Assembly: GCA_002633005.1 (NCBI GenBank) | Contig: NMRA01000337.1 | Location: 310,001 to 374,000, forward strand | Reading direction: 5' to 3' | DNA from: Phoronis australis | Lineage: Eukaryota; Animalia; Phoronida | DNA length: 64,000 nt | In this document: one piece after another, positions 35,428-47,400 of the stretch | Layout of the letters: every line of letters begins with the position of its first letter | Numbering within the stretch: the stretch's first letter is position 1 | Translations under genes and position numbers: made by a program | Notes under the pieces: model-generated | Told to the model about the DNA's origin: nothing | The model's input: only the letters and a program-made list of their open reading frames with translations | Database searches by the model: none

Positions 35428-38400
35428 CTGAAACAAATACGAAAATGTTAAAAGCAACCAAAAATTGATAATAAGATTGGTAGCAATCATAGATTTTTCT
35501 TCTAGTCTTTTATGCAAGAATTCTGCATAATTAACTCGTACTTTCCAATTTTTACTCTTTAGACTAGTAGGTTACTAAAGATTTCTGAAGGTAAATAATA
35601 GTCAATAATTACTCAATTTCATAGGAAAAAAATCTCTTAACCCTAATATAACCTAACAGCCAAGAATCAAGAATGTTTACAATATAAGAGGCTAAAAATA
35701 TGATAATTTTTGGTAGTTGACTAAATACTAAGAAATAACTTACACTGTTATTAGGTGTTAAAAAGAAATATAACAACACATTATTAGCAATGAAAATATC
35801 TGTTGTTTCAACAATGTTAAAACATACTTGAGAAAGTGAGTAAAGTGAAATTCCTAAGAGCAAAAACATGAAGACTGATGATAAAATCCTATAAATTTCT
35901 AGTGCACAAAGATATCCGTTATCTCAAAGAAAGAGAATATACGGTACCAGGTGGTATAGCCAGACCTTTCCAAAAGCCACACACTGCCTCGCGATTCAGG
36001 GCCAAAAACCAAAAAAGTAATGGAATTTACCTAGTATATGAATTGTGCAGTTATAGAAACATTACTGGTTTTATGGTCGTATGATGTAATAGATTTCTTG
36101 GAAGGTATTTTCTTTGATAAGAGCAATAAAACAACATGATACGTTTTTGTGATTTTATTACAAGTGGCCAATTCTCACTGTTGTCTACCACACTATCGCT
36201 AAAATCAAACCCAATGTTTTTACAATTTAACTACACAGGAAACACTCCAACTAGTCCACTAGATTTGGCTCAGCGATAGACCATTCAGCTGCTACAAGAG
36301 TAGTTTGTGTGTTCCATTCCCTACTACTGTTAATTTCTGTTAAAATGTTAGGACATTCCCTTTAAGTACAAAGATCAATACATAAGAGATCATCATAACT
36401 GTGATTAGGGCTCTGGTCTTTCACCTCTGAGGTTCATCAATATTGTGATTAGAGCTCTGGTCTTTCACCTATAAGGTTCATTATAATTGTGATTTGGGCT
36501 CTAGTCTTTCACCTCTGAGGTTCATTATAACTGTGGTTAGGGCTCTGGCCTTTCACATAATGTTAAATCGTTGTGAGAGACCATCCAGAGTTGGTATATG
36601 GGGCAACTCTGGATGGTCCGGGCTCAACAGAAAACCACCGATTTTTTTGGCCAATTACATTTTATTGTCCGTGAAACCAATTGTTTGATGAAAATAGGTG
36701 CCTGAAGAAATATGACTAGCATGTTTACATTTTCCCCCTTTTCAATGACATGTAAAAGTTTAAGGATTAAATTCATCGTAAAAATCTGAAAAACAAATTT
36801 TTTTTCACTAATATCGATGAAATTTTGGACAAGATCTTTCAAATTCAGTCCGGGCCAGCCCGGCAGAGTAAGAACCGTCTCAAAGAATACTACGCGGTAA
36901 ACCGGTTTCACTGTCAACAAATAAAGATGTCAAAAATGATTTACGATTAACATTTTAAAACTATTTCATGCTATAATATTGCAAATATGAGTACACCTGT
37001 TATAGTAAGTTTAGCAATAAAACTTCAAATTACTGTAACTACAAGAACGTAACTCGCGCAACGTAGTGAGTAGTTAGTCTTTCCAGTACAGCAAGTGAGA
37101 ATGGCCATGTAGTTTTCTTTCCACGCACAACTGAAATTTTAGCCATTTGGAAATGAAAGCTGGGAAAAAGTAAAGGAGGTACATAATTGCTCTCCATTTT
37201 ATTGTTGAACATTGTGAACAAGGCTCGTTGCGCACACGGCATTGAGACTTATGTCTCACAAAACAAGTTGGCAGTCGGATGGTTTATAAGAGCATAATTC
37301 TTTATTTCTCCTGTGAGTCTGCACCAATGTGATAAGTGAGAGTAGTTCTACTTGCGTGTCAGCTGTAGGTATCATTATCTCTTTTATGACCCACAAGGCG
37401 TGACTGGACAAAGCCTTTTCAAATTAGTTTAGATAAGCCAGTGGAGCTTGAGACCCCGGAGGTCCCTGTCACCTTCTCAAGACAATTCCACCTTATGACC
37501 TCTGAGGTTCATTTTAATTGTGATTAAGGCTCTAGTCGTTCACCTCAGAGGTCCCAGTTCAAATCCAGAGTTTGCCAGCAGACTATGGGAAATGTACTGT
37601 TTCTTGCCTGTTGGTGCTCCCAGTTTCAACTCAAGGACACGAAAGATTGTGAAGGTCCGATGAATTATCCTTGAGGGCATATCTTAAGTGTACATGTTGG
37701 TGTGTATCTTATATCTAGAGTGCTATGAAAGCGTCCATAGACCAGAAATACCATAACATATAAAACTTCCCTAAAGTATTAGGAAATAAAATGTGATGCA
37801 GGAAATGCATAAATGACAGCCCCAAGCCAGTGCAAAGGTTAGACAAAAGGTCATAGGCAGATCCATGAAGAAGGCACTCTCTCAAACAAACGTCTCACAA
37901 TGATGCCATCACCTGTTTGCGATTTTTTGAGCACTGCCCTAAAAATCATGGATCTGCCTACGAATGTGTTAGTCAGGCACGCAGTTACCTATCAACTTGG
38001 GTTTAATTACAGTCGTCTTTCCTACAAATAACCATGCATCCTCAGTAAATATGTCAACATGCAGTGTTCACTATAGCTCAGAGTCAGGCTAGTGTCTTGC
38101 CTAATCATTATTCATGTTGTTATAACAACTCCGTGCAGATCCACCATACAGGTTCACTACTGCCTTGTTGTATCTTCAGTATGTAATGTAATTGCTGAAT
38201 TTCGACATTGTTGCAGGTACTGCATGGGTCAACAGATACTTCCTAGACACCATGCAATAGACTCCAAATTTGTGTGACACACATGCTTCCCAAAATATTT
38301 TCTTGCCACACAGGTTCAGTCTGCAGATTCTTCAAATGGCAGAATTATCATGCTGTGAGTATTAACAGTTAAACACAAATCTATTCAACTACATGGAATA

Positions 38401-41400
38401 AAAAATATTTATTAAAGCCAAGACCTTATGGGCACAGTCTTACTATTAAATAGGAAAGGCCCTTGTCTCAGCTTCAAGGCACATAAAGTCCACCCAAATG
38501 CCTACATTAACACTCATGCCTGAGGGCTTCCCCATAGAAGGGGTTTTATTGGTAGGAACTTGTCCCCAACTAGGCTGGGTGGACTCAAATTTTGTCACTA
38601 GTGTTTGTGTCAGTGTTGGCATTACACACTGAAAGTGGTATTTACACATATTGGTAAAGCCTCCCACAGGCATAGCAATGGTCTAGACATGCATCAACAT
38701 GGTCATACCCTGGTCTGGACGTCACGATAGGTGACATCCCCGTACCCCTTATGAGGTGAATCCTGAGGCCTCAATAAGTAAAATACAACACATTCCTTGA
38801 TTGGGGTTACTACACAACAATTAAGCCATTTACCATCATTAGGCTCAGGACTGGGTGGTCGAATGTTGAAGGTAAAGTTGTGAGGTAATGACGTCTGCTT
38901 CACTACAACTCTTCTTGTACTCGCTTCACTGCAATTATCTCCCTTGATGTCAGTCTGTAAATATAAGGATGGGTAACACACTTCAAGTCATATGCAGTAT
39001 AAATTGACAGCTTCACATTAGAATAATGACATTAGTGATGACAAAAGTAGCACTATAAAGTTGTAATTATTGAACTCACACTCAACTTGAGGTGTTTTTG
39101 TCAAGCAAAGCTAAGATGACCGACAGATGCTTAGTACTCTGTCACCATTTATTTTAACCTCAAAATTTGTAATGATTGGCTCCAATTAGTAAGTGCAGAA
39201 CACAACAATTCACTGGTACCCTCTAAATCTAACTATGGTGTAATTATCTATGTTCAATGTTAACTCACTAAATTAAACATCTCCCAATCAAATTAAACAG
39301 GGTTGCATATTGCTTAAAATGATAGAAAACTGGGTTCATTATCCACCCATTGCACAAAGGCCAATTGCACCTTATACATTCTGGGAACTAAATCATACAG
39401 AAAGTGGAGTTAATGGTTTGATATCCTGCACTTAGACTCACCCATACTCTGGTTGACAATATTGAACACTTCACTATTAGCTGCTTAAAGTTAACCTGTG
39501 CTCAAGTCTTAATAACTTGGACGGGTAGAAAGAATGACTTCAAGGACTTCAAACATTTGACAAACTTGTTCATGAGGCGAATATGGCAGATTTAAAAATC
39601 AACCCCATGGGCATGGGGGTAGTGGCATGTTTTTTTTATTTGAGCATATCTCCAACTTTGGCTGGAAAGATTTTTGTCGTGAAAGTTAGACACTGAGTAT
39701 GGAACTCTCCTCTGGCTTTGTTTAGCTCATGTTATAAACCAACTTTGCCCGATTGTGCATTCTGTCCACATATTTTTGTTTTTGTGTTAGATGCATCCAT
39801 CTTTATTGTAAATACACGCTCAGAGTTAGTTTTTGAAACATCAAAATAGGCCCAGAAATAATAAAATTACAGCTTATGCTAGCTTTAAATCTGAAAACAC
39901 TTTTGTCTAGCAAATTGTCCAAAACTACATGGCTCACAAACAATAACATGAATCTGACACCAGTGTAATGAGTTGAGAATAATACGATAGTTTTACGAAA
40001 CCTATCAGGTGATAATTCATGTTTCACACATATTTTTATTTTCAGTATTTCACCTGTTTACTCATACATACCTCCACTTTGCTCTCCTTTGTCTGCTCAC
40101 AGTTATTTTGTGTTGCTGTAGCAGAGCTATCAGCCTCTTTTGCAGTTTCATTCTCGTCGTTACTCTTGTTAGACTCCTGTAGAGGGACAGAGCAGGGCAG
40201 TTTAGGCAAATGAAACACGTAGCATCACACGCTTGTTCTACGGAGTGCGCATCTGCCTAAAGTGAGACTGATCAAGTGCTTACTAAAAGTGAGAGCTTAC
40301 TATAGAGTGGCAACATGACGCTTGCTTCAGAAAACAAAGACATGCCCCTCAAATCAACACAAAGCAAGCTTGTGCCATTAAATTAAAAATTTATTTCTCT
40401 ACCAAATTGACGGCAATCACCTCCAACCATCTCGTGCATATAGTGGTGTATTTCCTATGTATACCACTTATAACCATTGTCACTGCTCAAGGTAATCGCC
40501 ATCTTGGATTTCTAAAAGAACTAACTACATGAAAGTGATCGCGAGTGCTCGCATTATTCAACAAGCTCCTGAACTTATAATTATCATTCTTGCAATAACG
40601 CTGTAGGTGCCAATAAACCTAAGTGCACAATGATGAAGTTCCTGATTGCCTTTTGATTGGAGGAAGTAAATAAAACTATAACTTCTGGATTCTGGGGCAT
40701 TTTGGGTCGTGATATACTTCCCTAACAAACCGTTGATATTAAGATAATCAAGAATTCTAATACTTGTGCCATTATGTTCACAGGTCAAGTCAACCTATTT
40801 TGTCACTCCCTCTTCCTCATTCCTAGAAACAGATGCTGGTGAACACATTAACGTGGTTGGTGCTATTCAAATTCCAACTGATATAAATCTTTCTTTTGTG
40901 ACCTGACATCAATCCCAAGTCACCACAAAGTCACTGATGATCAAAGAACAACAGGAAGAAACAGCGTTTTCAGCATGATCATGTGCTGAACAACAGTGAA
41001 ATGTTCTCTTGAACACTCAACATGCCTTAACAGCAGCTATTGAATATAACCAAATAATTTAATAGGGGTGGCACTAATTGTAGTTGCTTTTGGTTGAGCA
41101 GAAAAGGTAAGGAGTCAGTTGCACTGCACTGTCGCATTTGGGGATTTCTTATTTCGAGATATTCCATTTAGCAACCTGGGAATTCTACGAAGTCATATTT
41201 AATGAGATGACGCTATTCTAAGCGACAAGCCCTGTTTGAACACTTATGGTTAGCATGAAAAGAATACTACGTTGACACCCTCACCGGTAGAGACCCTCAC
41301 TGGTAGAGACCCTCACTGGTAGAGACCCTCACTGGTAGAGACCCTCACTGGTCGAGACCCTCACTGGTCGAGACCCTCACCGGTCGAGATTGAGCAACTC

Positions 41401-44400
41401 AATTGGTTTGTGTACCTCAAAATCTACCACACTGATCAAAGACACCGTGCTGTTGTAGTTAATTACATCGCCTCATGTTGCTGATGTTAGACCAATCAAA
41501 AACACACTGGATGTGACAAAAATATTTTTTAAATTTTCCTTTTGGAAGATTTTAAATAACACATTTGAAAAGTTCCTAAAAAGTATACGTGGTTGATGGG
41601 TTTTGAAAAGCGACTTTTACAACCTAAAACTTTTGTACAATGTACAATGTTGCCACATTATGCTTCTCATTAATTCTGCTGGATGTGCAACATGCTTGGG
41701 CCAATCAACAAACCAGTAGGTAGCAGTTGGATTTTGAGGTAAGCCAAGTGTCATGGAACAATTCCTGGCATGAGGAAATGGATCTCAGTACATTACGTTT
41801 GTGAAGCAGAAGTAAATACTCACGTCCAAATGTTTCATGAGAACAGCCACGACGACATTGACGAGAACAAACTGAGCCATGAGCACAAAGACGACGAAGA
41901 AGACAGGAGCAATGAAAGAGCTGACACAACAGTTCTTGATGCATTTTTCAGAATTATCACAGTCTTCTCGTAGAGTATCCTAGAGAGGGCAGCACAAGTA
42001 CACAGAATTATGTCTGGATTGGTAGTGAAAGTCAGGGTCATGTTGCAGCATGTGAAATGTGCATAAAAATAAAGGACCGGTAGTGGTTTTACAAGCTATA
42101 AATTTTTGAAAAGGATTTCATTTGCTAAACATAAGCATATGTCTTAGTAATATGCATTATAATGAGCACTCTATATTTACTGCTAGAACAACAAAAACGA
42201 GCACTGAAATCAAATGTTTTTAATATACGCTTACTTGACAAAGGACAAAATCCTTCTGCGACCAAACAAATTCGAGATATTTCTCATTCCTGATTTAGTG
42301 GTCCATATCTAAGTAGCACATTTTCATTTAAAACTGAAAGTCTACTAATAAAGTTAAAACAACATTCTTCAAGATTTACTATGCCAATTTTTTGCGAAAC
42401 ACAAACAGGGGATGGAAACAATTCAAGTACCGCACCACTAAATTTCAGCTTTGATCCCCTCAACCACAGTCCCTCACCAGCAAATTCCAGAAACGTACAA
42501 ATTCCACACCCACACCCCTAAACTACCCACAAAGGCTGGAAATACTCCACACTTGGTGTCCATATACCCACACCTGCATCCCGAGTGACGGTTCTGAAAT
42601 TTAGAGGCATGGCCATAGAATCGTTGCCACCCGTGACAAATAAAGACAAGAGCCATATTTAATGACACGCTGGATACTGATTGAGGTACAATTAGAAACA
42701 AACCTTCATAATGCCATTCCAGTTGTCACCAGTTGCCACTCTGAATAGCGTGAGGAAGGCCATACCAAAGTTCTCAAAATGTGCATGGACTCCCAGACCG
42801 ATACAAGGATGATCCTCAGAGCACTCTGAAATGAGGTACGCATGTAGTTTGTATTGACTGTGTGTTGACTTGAAATGTCGTCTCACTCTAGTGAGACAGG
42901 AACACTTGCTTTGCAATGGTTGTTTGAGCTACATTTACAAGAGCTAAGCACCCCATGGTGTCACTTGCATGTGCCAAAGTTGATGATATGGTCAATATCT
43001 AGTAACCTAGGTAGTACCTTTAGAGTAAATAATTCAATTAATTTTTACAAAATACGACAAATCTTTCAAGAACACTTATTTTTTGAAGGCTGATTCCTTC
43101 CCTGCAAATTACAAAATTACCAAATGTTACTTGATGACATTTACACTGCAAAAATCAAGCTAAAAATGAACTAAAATTTTCTTTAACTTATTTGTTAATA
43201 ATCCTGAAAAATTAAACTTTCACCAGTCCACCATAGTGTGTGCTGAATAGGTGATGTATTACCATATGTCTACAATACAGAAGAAATTTCACTGCAAGCA
43301 AAAATCGACAAACTACATGGTAACCACTGAATAATGAATGGTAACCGGCTTACCTAGTCGTCCGAACAACTCGACTCCAAGAGCGGCGAATATGAAGAAG
43401 AGGAGGAAGAAAAGTAATCCCAGGTTGCCCACTTGGGGAAGTGCCTGTACAACGGTGTCTAATAATGAACGGATTCCTTTGGCCATCTTGAGCAACTTGA
43501 GAACTGAAACAGATATCACTTACATGAGAGCAAATATAGATACCATCACGAGTAAGGGAAAGTGGGGCAAATAAACCAGTCATTACAGTTAGCTGTAATT
43601 CCTCTATTATTTCACATGACATAATAATTCCGTACACTCCACTTCATGACTTAACAGATTATTTGTCCTTCACTTTTTGAACACTGCTGTTTGACATAAG
43701 TCTCGTGTTTCTTGTACAAACACACAAAGAGTAACATGCACAGTTAGTCACTTTCTAGAATTCTGTACCACAGCTTTTAACAATGAATTCCATACTAAGC
43801 TGTTAGACAACAATATGCACAATAGAATATCCAAGATGTCATGAGGGGGTGCTGACCACTTCTTCCCTTTAGCTTCAAAAAGTGCATGATGTCACTGTTT
43901 TTGGGTCCTATCCAGAGAGGGTCCCCTGGTCCTTTCCCCTCAGCCTAAAATCTACTCATGAGTCAAACTCCATAAGAAGATCAAAGTTTTTCAAAATCAC
44001 ATAATTTGAAAACAATATAGTTCGGTCGGTCATCAGGCAGCACACGATAATTATACAAACAATGTACAAAACCTTACTAAGTTACCAACTTTTGCTCATT
44101 TAAATTGCTCAATGTCTTCCGTTAACTGCAGCACGGCTGATAGTGATAAGACATATCGCAATTGAATTCATCTTTTTGAAACAATCTGTACATAAACTCT
44201 TGAAAATGTCCCATATGATCCACTACATACTCCAACTTGTCACATATGAAGTTGTATACAGCGTGTGTGTGGAAAAGGCTTTTTAGAATCAGAAGAGCTC
44301 TTGTTTTACAATGCCTACCTCGGGCTATGCGTAACACCCTCATCACACGTATTATGGTAGGGTTGATGGGAAGCACTTCAGTGTCCATTTCCTCCAGTAC

Positions 44401-47400
44401 TATTCCAACAATGGACAACAACACAATAAGCATGTCCAGTTGATTCCACCTAAAAGGGACATTAGATCTCCACTTTTATCAACGTAGAATCACATACACA
44501 TGACAGTGCTGCTCACAAACAAAACAATGAAAGCGCACAAGTAACCAACACTCCTACTTACAAACAAAACAATTACTTCTGTCAGAAAAAAATTCATTTC
44601 TCTAGAATTCCTTACACTTTTCCAAACCAAACCATGCACGGAGAAAAAGGTAAGCAATGAAAGTTTCTTTACAACTTATTTCATTTGCACAAATACAAAA
44701 GCCATTGCTGCACCAGCATCTAATTAACATAATATACAGGCAAGAAGTTATGACAACAGTTGAGCTCACCTCTCTTTAAAATAGCGGTAGACACCAAGAG
44801 CAATTATTTTCAAAATAGCTTCTAAGATGAATACAGATGTGAAGAAATAATTAAATATCTTGAGTGCAAACTCCAATTCCTGGAAAACAGATGAAAGCAA
44901 TAACATCATCAACTATACGGCCATTTCAATGAACTTTGGAGGACCAACTGTACGTTCCTTGATGTGAAAAAGACAAAGAAATATTCAATGAAATCTATTG
45001 CCAGGTTGTGAAGTTTGACTAAAAATTTAATTAAAAAAATGCAATTAATGATCTAAAACCATTAGGCACTACCTAAAATATTAGTAAATTCAACTTACCT
45101 TACTAATCTGAACTAGGTGGGTAGGTTGGCAACGTATTCTATTTTTCTTTTTCTCATTATGTTGGAACATGTAATTTTTTAGCAAAAATACTTTGTTAGT
45201 AGCAAAAAAAAAATGTCAGTTTGCAGATAAAATGTGATTATCAGACTCTCCACAATATGAGATCAGCGTTGCATACATTCAGCTCAATCATATTACAACT
45301 AGAAAGTACCAAGTGTCAGCAACGTAACTAAATCAGATTTGTATTAATTTCCACTCCCAAACTTACTTGTGGCATGTTGTAAAACTCCAGCGCCATGGTG
45401 ACCACATTCAGACCAATCACAAATGCAATAAGTAGGTCAAAGTATTTACTCATACACATGTTGTGCAGTCGCAGTCGACATTTGGAGTAGTAAGAGTAAT
45501 ATGGAATTTCGTTCTTTTCTGAAATGAAAATGAATAAGTTACAGTTTGTGCAATTGCAACCAGAGGTTCATTACTTGCCAACAAAATAATTTTTTAGTGC
45601 TCACTGTCAATTTCCTGCCAATGAAAATAAATATTACACTCTTTCACAGTGCTACGAAAGGTAGCACTGTGAAATGTTGTTTAACATAGCTTCTCGTTGG
45701 TTAAATGAAACCAACATGATAACATTCCCATTGGTTGAAAGTTGGGAAACCCCTTTTAATTTACAGTTATCAAGTATAGCGACCACCTTTGACTTCAGTA
45801 GCTGCATTTTATTTAAACAGGCAGTGATTGAAGTAAACAAAATGAAGGGAACCCCAATTCAGTGGCTTAAGACAAAACAAGTACAGTGCATAAAGGCGTG
45901 TGCAAGTGGTAGCGATGTGATCAGTATAATTCCGACCAAGGCATGTGCATTGATGCCCACACACGGAATTCCGTGTATCTTTCATCAAGTTTCCACAGGA
46001 CCACTTTTCAGTATAGTTGGCGGCGCTATGTCAGAGGGCAATTATGGTGTTGAAAACATTAAAACTTTAAAGCTACATTTCACCCTGTTTTGCTGCTAAA
46101 ATGAAAATTGAACTATCGTAACCTTTCAATCTCATGAAACTGATCTTACAATATTTCTAAACAAAACAGGATTCTACAAGAGAAATGTGCCCACAACTGC
46201 AAGGCAAATGATGTGCTTCTAATGGTGTTTTTTGGTATCGTAAAAATATCCATTACATGGCGCAGAATAAGTCAAACCCGTCCAAAATTGGAGTAGCGTT
46301 GACGTCTCTATGTTACAAAACTGTTTGTCAAATTTCATGAAAATCCACCAACTAAGGAACTCCAAATATACAGACGAGGCAGACATAAAAAAGTTGCCAT
46401 TAGAAAGCACAGTGGTAGTCAAATCCGTCCATCTGACGTCAAGTTAATAGGAATAGACTTGGCAAATTGTATGGGGTTAAGTAGATACAGCTGCAGACGC
46501 AAAAATAACGTCACTAGGGAGCATTACAATTACGTTGGACCCATCTGAAAATCCACGCCAGTCGTGCTCATGTCAGTAGGAACATGTCAATTTTCATATT
46601 GGTCTTCTCAGCGGTTTGGCCAATACAGAGGTAAACGACAAAAACAGACTAAAAAATAATTGACATGGCCACTAGGTAGCGCAAAATACATCGAATCCAT
46701 CACAAATTGAAAAGATGATGTCATCTTCATAATAGAAACGCAAATGTAAAGAAGTAAAACTGCCATTAAATAGGGGGCACACCTGTAGTTGGAGTGGTCT
46801 GAAACTCGTCCTCAACCATTATCATCTCCATAGGAACACATCTGACACATTTCACAAAGATCCTCCAAAGAATTAAGGAGATACAGCTGTGGACGTAAAA
46901 AACAAAACATTGCCACAAGGGGTTGCCACATTAGTTTAACCCATCCGAAAATCAGTGTCAGCTACGGTTTTCTCATCAAGAAAACATCTGCCAATTTTCC
47001 TAATGATCCTTTGAATGGTTGGGCGGATAGGAAGGCAGACATCAAAAATGTACTGAAAATTTTTAAAATTGCCGCCAGGTGGCAGAAAAAACGTTAAACC
47101 GGCCTGAAAACGGGAAGGTGTCATCATGTCTTTAAAAGAAACCTATGGGCTAAATTTCATGAAAATCCATCAGAACTCCGAAGATACAGAAGCAAACGTA
47201 AAAAAACTAAAACTGCCACCAGGGGACACACCTGCAGCCGGATTGGTCTGAAACTTGCCATCATTTGTTATCGTCTCTCCATATGAACATATCTGCTAAA
47301 TTTTACAAAGATTTCCCAAAGAGTTTATGAGAAACAACAGCTGTGGACGCAAAAAACAAAAATATCACTAGGGGTCGCCACAGCTGTCGAACCCGTCCGA

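Noticed and set aside
38050-38360. Possible extra Cav3 C-terminal exon
   Set aside because: Stops in all three minus-strand frames inspected; the flanking exons already join in phase.
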